This document shows positions 30,054-42,634 of a stretch of DNA of 64,000 nt, one piece after another. Position 1 is the stretch's first letter, and the number at the start of each line of letters is the position of its first letter. This stretch comes from an uncultured Clostridia bacterium. Lineage in GTDB: Bacteria; Bacillota; Clostridia; Lachnospirales; CAMVHY01. The DNA lies in assembly GCA_947073045.1 (NCBI GenBank), contig CAMTJU010000003.1, forward strand, positions 14,993-78,992, given 5' to 3'. A program made the translations under genes and the position numbers. The notes under the pieces are model-generated. The model was not told the origin of the DNA. It worked only from the letters and a program-made list of their open reading frames with translations, and did not search any database.

Positions 30054-31473
30054 AATTAGATGGTTTCATAGTTTACAATGGAAATTAATTTTGAGTTACT
30101 CACTCATTAGTCTTTGTCCATTGTTTATTTTTTCATGGCTTATGTTAAATACGATGGAGAATTATTTTAAAAATGATCGTGGCAAATCTCTTCTTACTGA
30201 CGCAAATATAATCTCTGTAAATATATCAAAGGGAAATTTTATGAATAGCAATCGTCTTCAATTTGATAATGAATTGGAAAGTAAGAGTAATGACGGCGGA
30301 TATCGCATAATTGTTTTGGACAACATGGGCACTGTCGTAAACGACTCAAATAAAACCGATATCGGTAAAACTTACATAATTCCTGAAGTAATAGATACAT
30401 TCAACAAAAAAGATCATACCTCTCTTAGGAAAAAAGAACGCAGACTATATACATCAGCTTCAATATTAAATGCGCAATCAGAAAAAATTGGTGTAGTATT
30501 AATTGTTTCCTCGGCAGAGGAAATTTTTCTTGCTATTGAGCAAATTGAACAAAAATTATTTTTCCTTATGCTCTTTACTTGCTTAATTATTTTGGGATTT
30601 GTATTGTTTATTTCAAATTTAATTATGGATCCTCTTAAAAAAACTTTATTAGTTATAAAGAAAATGACTGCAGGTCAACTTGATCAGCGAATAATTATTA
30701 AAAACCATGATGAGTTTGCACATCTTGCATTTTCATTTAATAAGCTAACTGATAAATTAGAGCAAATTGAAAATGCACGCGAGGAATTTGTTTCAAACGT
30801 ATCGCATGAATTAAAAACTCCTCTTAGTGCAATTAAAGTTTTGTCAGAATCAATGCTTACTGATCGAAATACGCCAATTGAAATATACAGAGAATTTCTT
30901 GGTGACATTAATTCTGAAATTGATCGCATGACTAATATAGTAAATGACTTATTAACTCTGGTAAAACTGGATAAAAAAAGATTCCCCCTCAACATTAGAG
31001 AAACCAATTTAAATAATATGCTCGAAAATATTATAAAAAGATTAATGCCGCTGGCCGACAAAAAAAATATTGAAATTGAATTTACACATAAAAAGAATAT
31101 AATATTGCAAGCAGACGAAATGAAATTAAGTCTTGCAATATCAAATTTAATAGATAACGGAATAAAATACACACAATCTGGCGGTAAAATTAAGATAAAT
31201 ACTGACAGTGACGAAAATTTCGCATTCATTACTATTCAAGATAATGGAGTTGGAATAAGTCGAGATGAACAAAATAAAATATTCGAGAGATTTTATCGCA
31301 TAGATAAAACCCGTGATCGAGAAACTGGTGGCACGGGTCTTGGTCTTTCCATTACGCATTCAGCAATAACAATGCACAATGGGAAAATAGAATTAACAAG
31401 TGAGGAAGGACTCGGAACTACTTTTTACATTACTCTTCCAATTGATCCTACCAAAAATACGGAAAGCTTGTAA
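30031..31473 (+). CDS. sensor histidine kinase (2 TM, HAMP, HisKA, HATPase_c)
   Basis: H-box FVSNVSHELKTPL, N box, G boxes DNGVGI and GGTGLGLSI. The start is uncertain: TTG 30031 after GGGGGA is preferred over track ATG 29974, which lies deep inside the RR gene. Confidence 0.85.
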   Translation: MVTILKNRIRWFHSLQWKLILSYSLISLCPLFIFSWLMLNTMENYFKNDRGKSLLTDANIISVNISKGNFMNSNRLQFDNELESKSNDGGYRIIVLDNMGTVVNDSNKTDIGKTYIIPEVIDTFNKKDHTSLRKKERRLYTSASILNAQSEKIGVVLIVSSAEEIFLAIEQIEQKLFFLMLFTCLIILGFVLFISNLIMDPLKKTLLVIKKMTAGQLDQRIIIKNHDEFAHLAFSFNKLTDKLEQIENAREEFVSNVSHELKTPLSAIKVLSESMLTDRNTPIEIYREFLGDINSEIDRMTNIVNDLLTLVKLDKKRFPLNIRETNLNNMLENIIKRLMPLADKKNIEIEFTHKKNIILQADEMKLSLAISNLIDNGIKYTQSGGKIKINTDSDENFAFITIQDNGVGISRDEQNKIFERFYRIDKTRDRETGGTGLGLSITHSAITMHNGKIELTSEEGLGTTFYITLPIDPTKNTESL

Positions 31474-32005
31474 ACACCCAACTCTCATCAATTTTTTCTC
31501 TTACAAATTCAAATACTTTTGGATTTTCTTTTTCACCTGAATCTTTTGAAAAAGTAACTGTTACGCTATAAACAATTTTGTTTTCACAAACACTAGTTGT
31601 GTCATATTTAACATCTTCAATAAATATATTTGCCCCGCATCCTCCATCAAGGCAATACAAATAGCCATCGATTTCTTTGTAAATATTATAATTCCAAAGT
31701 TCATCAACTATGTCTGATGAAAAGATTGTTCTTAAATAATTATCTAATTTTTTATGCGTATTGTACTTTTCATCTTTTACCTTGAACCATTCTTTTTCAC
31801 CATCTTGTATTTTATTATTGTAGTCAACTTCTAATGGAACCTGTACAAACCAGCTATAAACTTTCATTGCTGACTCTATTAATTCTTTTGGCGATTGTTC
31901 TTGCATTTCTAAAATAGATGATGATTTTGTATTATTTGAATTGTTGCAGGCATTCAATGATATTAACAAACCTGCTGCTAACATTATAATTAATAATTTT
32001 TTCAA
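31448..32005 (-). CDS. putative lipoprotein of unknown function
   Basis: Signal peptide with lipobox LNAC. No other motif recognised. Confidence 0.55.
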   Translation of the reverse strand: MKKLLIIMLAAGLLISLNACNNSNNTKSSSILEMQEQSPKELIESAMKVYSWFVQVPLEVDYNNKIQDGEKEWFKVKDEKYNTHKKLDNYLRTIFSSDIVDELWNYNIYKEIDGYLYCLDGGCGANIFIEDVKYDTTSVCENKIVYSVTVTFSKDSGEKENPKVFEFVREKIDESWVFTSFPYFW

Positions 32006-32077
32006 ATTAATCCCTTCCTTTTATGATTGTTAAATTTAGCATAATTAAACATACAAACTCAAATTGAGGTGATAAAA

Positions 32078-33124
32078 ATGGAACATGGCGGCAATATTAA
32101 TTTAATTGAAAACAAGTACGGCATAGACAAAAATAAAATAATTGACTTTAGCGCAAACACTAATCCACTCGGCATGCCAAATGTGGATATAAATTTAAAT
32201 TGTCTTGAAAAATATCCCGATGTTGAATATAAAATTTTGCGCCATGCAATTTCGAAATACACAAATACAAATTACGAAAATATAATTGTCGCAAATGGTT
32301 CAACCGAATTAATTTCGCTGCTTATAAAAATTATTAATGCTAAGCAAACTTTAATTTCTATGCCGACATATTCTGAATACGAGCGAGAATCAAGAATTAT
32401 TGGTAGCTCAATAAAATATTATATAACAAGTCAAGAAAATAATTTTGAAATAGAAACAGAAAAATTACTAAATCTTCTTTCACTAGAGACAAATCTTTTT
32501 ATTTTATGTAATCCAAATAATCCAACCGGCAAATCTGTTTCAAACCTTGAAAAAATAATAAGTTATTGTGATAAAAAAAATATATTAGTAATAATAGATG
32601 AAGCATATGCGGAATTTTTTGATGAGAGTGCAATCGAGCTTATAAATGAATACGAAAATCTAATTATAATACGTGGAACATCTAAATTTTTCTGTTTGCC
32701 TGGACTTAGACTTGGTTATGCAATTACATCCAATCTTGAAATTATAGATAAGATAAATGAAGTTAAAGATCCGTGGTCAGTAAATTCGTTAGCAAATGAA
32801 ATTGGAAAAGCTATTTTCAATGATAAAGAATATATTAAAAAAAGCAAAGACTACATATCAAAAGAATATCAATTTATCAAAAATAGTTTTGAAAAAATAA
32901 ATTCATGCAAATTGTACGATACAAGAGCAAATTTTTTTATGTGCAAAATATTAAATTCTAAGACATCAAATAAATTATTTAATTATCTTTTGAAAAAGAA
33001 CTTGCTTATAAGAGATCTTGGAAACTGCAAATTTTTAAACAATAAGTTTTTTAGGTTTTCAATTTCTAACCACGAAAACAATTTGCTTTTGATAGAGCAA
33101 ATAAAAAAATTCTTTACGGAATAA
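32078..33124 (+). CDS. PLP-dependent class I/II aminotransferase-fold enzyme, CobD (threonine-phosphate decarboxylase)/HisC-like
   Basis: N-terminal HGGN...DFS.N.NPLG, and the PLP-lysine region RGTSKFF.LPGLRLGY. Confidence 0.65.
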   Translation: MEHGGNINLIENKYGIDKNKIIDFSANTNPLGMPNVDINLNCLEKYPDVEYKILRHAISKYTNTNYENIIVANGSTELISLLIKIINAKQTLISMPTYSEYERESRIIGSSIKYYITSQENNFEIETEKLLNLLSLETNLFILCNPNNPTGKSVSNLEKIISYCDKKNILVIIDEAYAEFFDESAIELINEYENLIIIRGTSKFFCLPGLRLGYAITSNLEIIDKINEVKDPWSVNSLANEIGKAIFNDKEYIKKSKDYISKEYQFIKNSFEKINSCKLYDTRANFFMCKILNSKTSNKLFNYLLKKNLLIRDLGNCKFLNNKFFRFSISNHENNLLLIEQIKKFFTE

Positions 33125-33147
33125 TTTTCTATAGCTTGTCATAAAAT
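33119..33147 (+). promoter_or_regulatory. candidate sigma-E-type promoter of spoIIIA
   Basis: GAATAAT, 14 nt, CATAAAAT, compared with the B. subtilis-derived sigma-E consensus (T/G)(A/C)ATAnn-14-CATACAhT. Confidence 0.35.
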
Positions 33148-33172
33148 TTATAAACCCCAATAAAAAAAGAGG

Positions 33173-34111
33173 TTGAAAATTTTGCGTCAGACTGTAGAAA
33201 ATTTTTTATGTCCACAAATAAAAACATTATTTGAAAAATCTATTGGCGATAAATTTTTTAATGGCATAGAAGAAATTCGTATGCGCGCCCAAAAACCAAT
33301 TATCATTAAAAATAATAATAGCAAATGGACCATAACAAATCATTTTACATTGACTAAAGAAATTTTGCAAGGCTATGTAATAACTCAAAAAAATCTTTTT
33401 GATACTCTCGAACTTATTACAAATTACTCGCCATATGCATTTGAAAATGAAATCAAAAATGGTTTTATAACAATAAGTGGCGGTCATAGGATTGGATTTT
33501 GTGGCGAGGCAGTAATTGAAAACGGGCAAATAAAAACTATACGCAACATTAATTCCATAAATTTTCGCATTGCCCATGAAATAAAAAATTGTGCACTGCC
33601 TATTATAAAATTTATACGATATCCAAATTTCATGAACACAATAATAATTTCACCGCCAGGTTCTGGAAAAACAACAATGTTGCGTGATGCAGTAAGACTT
33701 TTGAGCAGCGAATTTAATATTAGTGTAATAGATGAGCGTTCAGAAATTGGCGGATGTTATATGGGAATTATTCAAAATGATTTGGGATTACATACGGACC
33801 TTTTAGATTCTTGTCCAAAATCTTTGGGAATGATTATGATGCTAAGGACAATGTCTCCACAAATTATAGCAGTTGACGAAATTGGAACAATTGATGATGC
33901 AAACGCAATATTAAATATAACATCCTGCGGTGTAAAAATAATATGCACGGCGCACGGAAAAGATTTAAACGATATAAAAAATCGAGATGAAATAAAACAT
34001 CTTATATCAAAAAAAATATTTGAGCGCTACATAATTTTAGATTCAGATAAAGTCGGCAAAATCAAAAATATTTACGATGAAAATTTAAACGAGGTAAATT
34101 GTACATGCTAA
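33173..34111 (+). CDS. spoIIIAA: stage III sporulation protein AA (ATPase)
   Basis: Walker A SPPGSGKTT and Walker B IIAVDEIG. The start is uncertain (TTG 33173 or TTG 33182). Confidence 0.85.
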   Translation: MKILRQTVENFLCPQIKTLFEKSIGDKFFNGIEEIRMRAQKPIIIKNNNSKWTITNHFTLTKEILQGYVITQKNLFDTLELITNYSPYAFENEIKNGFITISGGHRIGFCGEAVIENGQIKTIRNINSINFRIAHEIKNCALPIIKFIRYPNFMNTIIISPPGSGKTTMLRDAVRLLSSEFNISVIDERSEIGGCYMGIIQNDLGLHTDLLDSCPKSLGMIMMLRTMSPQIIAVDEIGTIDDANAILNITSCGVKIICTAHGKDLNDIKNRDEIKHLISKKIFERYIILDSDKVGKIKNIYDENLNEVNCTC

Positions 34112-34620
34112 TAAAAATTGCGGGCATAATTTTAATTTGCACCTCTTCAACATTTTTGGGAATATATCATGTAATGAAAATAAAATTTCATATTAGAGAT
34201 TTGAATCTATTATCAAATGCATTGGAGATTCTCAAATCCGAAATAGAATTTGGAATAACTCCGCTAAATGAAGCTACTGAAAATATTTCAAAACATTCAT
34301 CTGATTTCATTAAGGAATTTTTTTTGCACATGAATAAATTGTTAGAAGAAAAAAGACTTTGTGCATCACAAATTTGGCTTAATGCAACAAGTACTTTAAA
34401 CAAAACTTATATCGATTCACAAGATATTGAAATTGTAAAATCATTTGCTAACGTAATTTCAAATCTAGACCGTAATTTGCAAATTGAAAGTTTAAATAAG
34501 ATTATTTTATCTCTTCAAAAAAAAATTTTGGAACTAGAAAACCAGTATCAAAATGAAAAAAAATTGTATTACAACTTGGGATTTTTATTGGGATTACTCA
34601 CTATAATTATATTTGTTTAA
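34099..34620 (+). CDS. spoIIIAB: stage III sporulation protein AB
   Basis: N-terminal and C-terminal TM segments with the L..L...L..L..EI.F...PL.EA pattern. Position between spoIIIAA and spoIIIAC. Confidence 0.65.
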   Translation: MYMLIKIAGIILICTSSTFLGIYHVMKIKFHIRDLNLLSNALEILKSEIEFGITPLNEATENISKHSSDFIKEFFLHMNKLLEEKRLCASQIWLNATSTLNKTYIDSQDIEIVKSFANVISNLDRNLQIESLNKIILSLQKKILELENQYQNEKKLYYNLGFLLGLLTIIIFV

Positions 34621-34634
34621 TCTGAGGTGATTTT

Positions 34635-34829
34635 GTGGACGTTAATATTATTTTTCAGATTGCAGCTGTTGGGATTTTAGTTGCTGTTTTAAATCAAGTA
34701 TTAGTACGTGCTGGACGTGAAGAACAGGCAATGCTTACAACTCTTGCTGGCCTTGTCGTAGTTCTTTTTTCCGTTATTGTTCACATTAATAATTTATTTA
34801 TGACGGTTAGAGATTTATTTAATCTTTAG
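34635..34829 (+). CDS. spoIIIAC: stage III sporulation protein AC
   Basis: 64 aa, two TM, IFQIAAVGILVAVLNQVL..AGREEQA. GTG start after GAGGTGA. Confidence 0.85.
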   Translation: MDVNIIFQIAAVGILVAVLNQVLVRAGREEQAMLTTLAGLVVVLFSVIVHINNLFMTVRDLFNL

Positions 34830-34837
34830 GTGAAACT

Positions 34838-35215
34838 ATGCTCATTACAAAAATTAGTGTTATTTCTATAATCTGTGTTTTAATTATAATTCTGCTGCGT
34901 AAAGAAAATCGCGAATATGCTATAATTTTAAGTCTTGTCAGTGGCATATTTATTTTTTATATGATTTTGCCTGAGTTAAATAATGTATTCGTTGAACTAC
35001 AAAGCATCTCTCAAAATTTTAATACGAAATATATTACAATACTTTTGAAAATAATAGGTATTGCGTATATTTGTGAGTTTGCATCACAAATTTGTATGGA
35101 CGCTGGAGAAAATAATTTAGCTGCAAAAATAGAATTGAGTGGGAAAATTTTAATAATGTCCTGCTCAATTCCTATTTTAAATGACCTATTGGATTTAATT
35201 TTAAATATAATCTAA
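34838..35215 (+). CDS. spoIIIAD: stage III sporulation protein AD
   Basis: About 125 aa, 4 TM, conserved C..AG....A.K.EL.GK pattern. Confidence 0.8.
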   Translation: MLITKISVISIICVLIIILLRKENREYAIILSLVSGIFIFYMILPELNNVFVELQSISQNFNTKYITILLKIIGIAYICEFASQICMDAGENNLAAKIELSGKILIMSCSIPILNDLLDLILNII

Positions 35216-35275
35216 TCGATACTGAATATTTTTTTTGCATTTGCAGACAATAATAAAAAAAATGGCGGTGAACAA

Positions 35276-35962
35276 TTGTATAACTTATTTTTAATAGCCC
35301 TATTTCCCATTATTATTTTCGCATTTTATATTTACGTCAGTGATAAATACGAAAAAGAACCAATTAAACTTTTGATAGTTGGAATTATTTTTGGTGCAAT
35401 AATTTCTGTACCTATTGGATTTGTTGAGAAATATTTGGAAAAGTTTTTGCCAAGTACAAATAATTTTGCTCAAGCCTTTTATTTATCTTTTGTAGTTGCT
35501 GCTATGACTGAAGAAATTTTTAAATTTATTGTGCTGTATTTTTTAATATGGCGACAAAAAAATTTTAATGAGCCATTTGACGGAATTATTTATGCCGTAA
35601 TGATTTCATTGGGCTTTGCAATGACAGAAAATATTTTGTACGTAATCAATCCACAAATAGGTGGAATAAGTACAGCATTTGAGCGCGCAATATTTTCTGT
35701 GCCGGCTCACGGATTTTTTGGAGTTACAATGGGATATTTTTTTGCACTTGCAAAATATGAACCACCACAAAAAATAAAATACATGGTCTATGCATTTTTA
35801 TTCCCAATTATTTTGCATGGATTATTTAATTTTATTTTGCTTTGTGATATCCCATTTGTTATGTTATTATTTACTGTGTATGCTGTTTATCTTTGGATTG
35901 GCGGACAGAAAAAAATAAATATACATCTTTCTAATTCGCCCTTCAAAAATAAAAGCACATAA
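35276..35962 (+). CDS. PrsW-family intramembrane protease
   Basis: EE..K (MTEEIFKF) and H...N (HGFFG, HGLFN) motifs in a polytopic membrane protein. Confidence 0.75.
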   Translation: MYNLFLIALFPIIIFAFYIYVSDKYEKEPIKLLIVGIIFGAIISVPIGFVEKYLEKFLPSTNNFAQAFYLSFVVAAMTEEIFKFIVLYFLIWRQKNFNEPFDGIIYAVMISLGFAMTENILYVINPQIGGISTAFERAIFSVPAHGFFGVTMGYFFALAKYEPPQKIKYMVYAFLFPIILHGLFNFILLCDIPFVMLLFTVYAVYLWIGGQKKINIHLSNSPFKNKST

Positions 35963-35989
35963 AAAATAAATTTAAGCGAGGTGTTTTTT

Positions 35990-36238
35990 ATGAAACCTAT
36001 TCATAATTCATTTGGTCGGATTTCGCATTTTGATAAACAAAATTGCTTTTATAATTTATTTCTTATATGCTCTTCAATTGCTTTAATTGTTTTGTCTATA
36101 ACAAAAATCTTAACCCTAATTCAAAATCATTGTTATTATAAAAAATACAGATATCAATATAATACATGTTGTGGCTGTGAAGATGATGGCTACGATTACA
36201 ACTCTGACAATTGTGGCAACAACAGTTGTGAAAGTTAA
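35990..36238 (+). CDS. 82-aa single-pass membrane protein with Cys/Asp/Asn-rich C-terminal tail
   Basis: ATG follows GAGGTG. One TM (LFLICSSIALIVLSI). Tail is TCCGCEDDGYDYNSDNCGNNSCES. Confidence 0.4.
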   Translation: MKPIHNSFGRISHFDKQNCFYNLFLICSSIALIVLSITKILTLIQNHCYYKKYRYQYNTCCGCEDDGYDYNSDNCGNNSCES

Positions 36239-36261
36239 TAAATATAAATTTTTTATGTAGG

Positions 36262-36291
36262 CTACTGAGTTTTTTCTCAGTAGTTTTTTTT
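36262..36291 (+). terminator. rho-independent terminator
   Basis: Stem ctactgag/ctcagtag then T8. Confidence 0.8.
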
Positions 36292-37543
36292 ATTGCTCAT
36301 ATTTTATGTCTGCCCCAAGGCTTTTTAATTTTTCTTCTATTTTCTCATAGCCACGCAAAATATGATTTTCATCTTGAATAATTGTTTTGCCGTATGCTGC
36401 AAGAGCTGCCAAAATTAATGCGGCACCACCTCGCAAATCTTTTGAAATCAAATATGCGCCATTTAATCTTTTAACTCCATCTATAATAAAAGTTGTATTG
36501 TCCGGCAAAATTTTTATCTTTGCCCCCATCTTTATTAATTCAGGAATATGTTTATTGCGTGACTCAAATACATTTTCTTTTACAATACTTCTTCCACTTG
36601 CCAAACTCAATAATGAAACAAATTGTGCTTGCAAATCTGTTGGAAAATATGGATAAGGCATAGTCTGTAAATTTTTAATTGGCCTTATAAATTCTTTGGC
36701 TTTTAAATAAATTTTGTTCTTGCTTAATTTTATATAACAACCAGTTTGTAAAAAATTTATCAATGGCAAATGATTTGTAATTACATTTTCAATTTCTATT
36801 TGGCCTTTAGTAATAGCTGCAGAAATTAAAAACGTTGCCGCAACAATTCTGTCGGGAATTACTTTGTGTTCAACATTACTCAATTTTTCCACACCGTTTA
36901 TTACAATTTGTGAAGTTCCAGCACCATTTATATCTGCCCCCATTTTTTTTAAAAAGTTTTGTAAATCAATAATTTCAGGTTCTCGTGCGGCATTTATTAT
37001 TTTTGTTGAACCTCTTGCAAAAACAGACGCCAATATAATATTTTGTGTTGCGCCAACGCTCGGAAACTTTAATTTTATTTTACAGCCTTTTAAATTTTCT
37101 GCACTACAAATAATTTTATCTCCATCTTCAATAATTTGTGCACCTAATTTTTTTAAAGCTGCTAAGTGAAAATCAATCGGCCTTTTCCCAAGTTCACAAC
37201 CTCCTGGATAACTTATGCTTACTCTTTTCATAACGCTTAATATACTTCCTAGAAAAATTATTGACGAGCGCATTTCTTTTACTAAATCTGGATCAACTTC
37301 ATACGAATTTATAGTTGAAGAATCAATGATTGCCGTATGATTTTCAAACTTCACCTTACAACCTACATGCTTTAGAATTTTTAATGCTGTATGTGTGTCA
37401 TAAATATCAGGGCAGTTATGAATTACGGATTGACCTGAATTTAAAATTGAAGCTGCTAATATCGGAAGTACGGAATTTTTACTGCCATTTATTTTCAGCG
37501 TACCAGAAATTTTTTTTCCGCCGTTTATCAAATATCTCCCCAT
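36290..37543 (-). CDS. murA: UDP-N-acetylglucosamine 1-carboxyvinyltransferase
   Basis: ING.KNS.LPILAAS and the active-site region GGCELGKRPID. Confidence 0.92.
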   Translation of the reverse strand: MGRYLINGGKKISGTLKINGSKNSVLPILAASILNSGQSVIHNCPDIYDTHTALKILKHVGCKVKFENHTAIIDSSTINSYEVDPDLVKEMRSSIIFLGSILSVMKRVSISYPGGCELGKRPIDFHLAALKKLGAQIIEDGDKIICSAENLKGCKIKLKFPSVGATQNIILASVFARGSTKIINAAREPEIIDLQNFLKKMGADINGAGTSQIVINGVEKLSNVEHKVIPDRIVAATFLISAAITKGQIEIENVITNHLPLINFLQTGCYIKLSKNKIYLKAKEFIRPIKNLQTMPYPYFPTDLQAQFVSLLSLASGRSIVKENVFESRNKHIPELIKMGAKIKILPDNTTFIIDGVKRLNGAYLISKDLRGGAALILAALAAYGKTIIQDENHILRGYEKIEEKLKSLGADIKYEQ

Positions 37544-37569
37544 ACTATACCCCCCAAAATATTATTAAC

Positions 37570-37599
37570 AAAAAAATCCCAAAGCCTAAGCTTTAGGAT
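37570..37599 (-). terminator. rho-independent terminator after plsX
   Basis: Stem tcctaaagc/gctttggga followed by T6 on the minus strand. Confidence 0.7.
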
Positions 37600-37634
37600 T
37601 CTTTAGTTTATAAGTTTATATTATGCGGGTTTAA

Positions 37635-38630
37635 TTAATTTGTTTCGTTTGTAAAAGTTTTTATCTTTTCTACAATATCATTTTCAATAAAACTAATACA
37701 TTGGACAATCGAATTTTTAATTGCAATTGAATTTGAAGAACCGTGCGCTTTTACTACTATAGAATTAAGGCCTAAAAACGGTGCGCCGCCAATATCTGAA
37801 TAATCAAATTTTTTCTTTATATTCATAAATGCAGGCTTTGCCAAAAATGCCCCAAGCTTTCTAATAATGTTTTTATTTAATTCACTTTTGAGCATTTTAA
37901 AAATATTTTCGCCTAAACCTTCAGTGTGTTTTAAAATTATATTGCCGGAAAATCCGTCGCATACTATAACATCTGCAATGCCAGATGGAATACTTCGTGC
38001 TTCTATGTTTCCAATAAAATTTATATTCGCGCCACCTAAAAGTTCATAGGCTTCCTTCGTCATAGCATTTCCTTTTTTACTTTCAGTTCCTATGTTCAAT
38101 AATCCAACTCTTGGATTTTTAATTTTCATTACATTTTCCATATAGACCGAACCCATTTTTGCAAACTGTTCCAAATAAATCGGTTTGCAATCAACATTTG
38201 CACCACTATCGAGCAAAAGCGATATACCATTTATATTAGGCAAAGGAGTTGCAATGGCAGGACGACTTATACCACTGATTCTTTTCAATAAAATTGTTGA
38301 GCACGTCAAAATAGCGCCAGTACTTCCAGCACTAATAAAACCATTTGCATCATCATTTTTAACTAAATCCAAAGCTTTTATTAATGAAGATTCTTTTTTA
38401 TTTTTAATAGCCCATGTTGGCGAATCATCATTAGTAATAACATCTTGTGCGTCTAAAATTTCTATATTTGATATATCACAATTATCAATTTCATTTTCAA
38501 TCAATTTTTTTTTGCCAACCAATATTATTTTCACATTTTTATTGGCAGACAAAACAGCACCTTTTACAATTTCATATGGCGCATTATCTCCACCCATTGC
38601 ATCTACTGCAATTACTATTTTTTTTGCCAT
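37635..38630 (-). CDS. plsX: phosphate acyltransferase PlsX
   Basis: IAVDAMGGDNAP and GAPFLGL motifs. Confidence 0.92.
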   Translation of the reverse strand: MAKKIVIAVDAMGGDNAPYEIVKGAVLSANKNVKIILVGKKKLIENEIDNCDISNIEILDAQDVITNDDSPTWAIKNKKESSLIKALDLVKNDDANGFISAGSTGAILTCSTILLKRISGISRPAIATPLPNINGISLLLDSGANVDCKPIYLEQFAKMGSVYMENVMKIKNPRVGLLNIGTESKKGNAMTKEAYELLGGANINFIGNIEARSIPSGIADVIVCDGFSGNIILKHTEGLGENIFKMLKSELNKNIIRKLGAFLAKPAFMNIKKKFDYSDIGGAPFLGLNSIVVKAHGSSNSIAIKNSIVQCISFIENDIVEKIKTFTNETN

Positions 38631-38667
38631 TTTAAATCACCGCTATATAAAATTTTATTTTATTTAC

Positions 38668-38909
38668 TCACCAATTAATTATTGTAAGTTTGTTATCAAA
38701 AACTTTTGCAATTGCGTCGTTAATCTCAAAAGAAAATTCTTGTTCATCATTTTTTATTTTCACCTGACTATTTTCAATCACTGTCATAAGTGGAATATGA
38801 TTTGCCATAATACCTATATCTCCGTTAACAGTTTTCATAATAACAATATCCGCGGGACCGTCATAAAAATTTTCTTTGAAGGATTTTATGCTAACATTAA
38901 GCTTTGCCA

Positions 38910-38910
<1 letters not shown>
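38668..38910 (-). CDS. atpC: F1 ATP synthase subunit epsilon, N-terminal beta-sandwich domain only (80 aa)
   Basis: Position after atpD (ATGA-type junction). V.G..GI...H.P......... pattern of the epsilon N-terminal domain. No helical C-terminal domain, and no space for one before plsX. Confidence 0.7.
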
Positions 38911-41100
<2,190 letters not shown>

Positions 41101-41119
41101 TTTAACACCTCAATTTTTC

Positions 41120-42634
41120 TTATAAAAATCTTAAATTTTCATTTTTAAATTTGTCAATTGCTTTTTTTATTTTTTCCTCAAGTTCATCAGAAACAATTTG
41201 TTTAGCTGCAATTTCATCAATTATATTTTTATGAAATTTATTTATGTAACGAAGAAACTCTTTCTCAAAATTCAATATCTTTTCTATCGGTACATCCTCT
41301 AAATAATTATTTGTAACAGCGTACAAAATTATTATTTCTTCTTCAACCGGAATTGTGTTGTATTGCTTTTGCTTTAGTATTTCCAAAAGTCTTTTGCCTT
41401 TTTCTAATCTTTTTAATGTATCTGCATCTAGTTCTGTACCAAATTGCGAGAAAGCTTCAAGCTCACGATATTGTGCAAGCTCAATTCTTATTGGACCTGC
41501 AACTTTTTTCATAGCTTTTATTTGTGCGCTCCCACCTACCCTTGATACTGACAATCCAGGATTTATTGCAGGACGAATTCCTGCATTGAATAATTCTGTC
41601 TCAAGATAAATCTGTCCATCTGTAATAGAAATTACATTTGTCGGAATATAAGCAGAAATATCGCCAGCTTGCGTTTCAATTATTGGTAATGCAGTAAGTG
41701 AGCCGCCGCCATATTCTTCTGATAATCTTGCTGAACGCTCTAGTAATCTTGAATGCAAATAAAAAACATCGCCTGGATATGCTTCACGACCAGGTGGTCT
41801 GCGCAAAAGAAGAGACATTGTACGATACGCAACAGCATGTTTTGATAAATCATCATACACAATTAAAACGTCTTTGCCGTGTTTCATCCATTCTTCTGCT
41901 ATAGTGCAACCTGCATAGGGAGCAATGTATTGAAGCAATGGACTTTCAGATGCACTTGCTACTACAACAGTTGTGTAATCTAGCGCAGCATAGTCAGTTA
42001 GAGTTTTAACTATTTTGCTAACCGTAGACATCTTTTGACCTATAGCTACGTACACACAAAATACGTCTTTATTCTTTTGATTTATTATCGTATCGATACA
42101 AATAGCAGTTTTTCCTGTTTGTCGATCACCTATTATTAATTCCCTTTGACCGCGACCAATCGGAATCATTGCATCAATTGCTTTTATACCAGTTTGAAGA
42201 GGTACGTTAACTTCTTTGCGAGTTATAACACCAGGCGCAGGTTGTTCAATAGGTCTTTTTTCTTTGCAAAGAATGGGGCCTTTTTGATCAATTGGCTCTC
42301 CCAAAGCATTAACAACTCTACCAAGCATTGGATAACCAACGGGAACTTCAACAACTCTTCCAGTTAATTTAGCCTGACTGCCTTCGCTAATTTCATCCCC
42401 ATTTCCTAACAATATTACGCCAACACTGTCAGATTCAAGATTCATTGCCATGCCGTAATTTTGATTTTCAAATTCGATTAATTCGCCACTCATAACGTCA
42501 CTCAGGCCGTAAACATGCGCAATACCATCGTTAATTTGCATAACGGTACCGATTTTAGAGACATCTAATTTTGAAGCATAGTTTTTAATTTCATGTTTAA
42601 TAATACCTGTAATTTCTTCTGGTTTAAGTTTCAT
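41120..42634 (-). CDS. atpA: F1 ATP synthase subunit alpha
   Basis: GDRQTGKT P-loop. ATG 42634 overlaps the atpH stop (ATGA). Confidence 0.95.
   Translation of the reverse strand: MKLKPEEITGIIKHEIKNYASKLDVSKIGTVMQINDGIAHVYGLSDVMSGELIEFENQNYGMAMNLESDSVGVILLGNGDEISEGSQAKLTGRVVEVPVGYPMLGRVVNALGEPIDQKGPILCKEKRPIEQPAPGVITRKEVNVPLQTGIKAIDAMIPIGRGQRELIIGDRQTGKTAICIDTIINQKNKDVFCVYVAIGQKMSTVSKIVKTLTDYAALDYTTVVVASASESPLLQYIAPYAGCTIAEEWMKHGKDVLIVYDDLSKHAVAYRTMSLLLRRPPGREAYPGDVFYLHSRLLERSARLSEEYGGGSLTALPIIETQAGDISAYIPTNVISITDGQIYLETELFNAGIRPAINPGLSVSRVGGSAQIKAMKKVAGPIRIELAQYRELEAFSQFGTELDADTLKRLEKGKRLLEILKQKQYNTIPVEEEIIILYAVTNNYLEDVPIEKILNFEKEFLRYINKFHKNIIDEIAAKQIVSDELEEKIKKAIDKFKNENLRFL

Noticed and set aside
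30684-31229. 181-aa minus-strand ORF antisense to the histidine kinase. Similar antisense ORFs lie at 1258-1623, 5788-6099, 33227-33577, 36864-37169, 45184-45498 and 61241-61660.
   Set aside because: All lie fully inside well-supported genes on the other strand. They lack SD sequences and have low-complexity hydrophobic composition with no motifs.
32078-33124. The CobD-like gene as evidence for a cobalamin biosynthesis or salvage cluster.
   Set aside because: It stands alone between a lipoprotein gene and spoIIIAA with no cob/cbi neighbours. The family also includes HisC-like aminotransferases, so pathway assignment from this gene alone is not justified.
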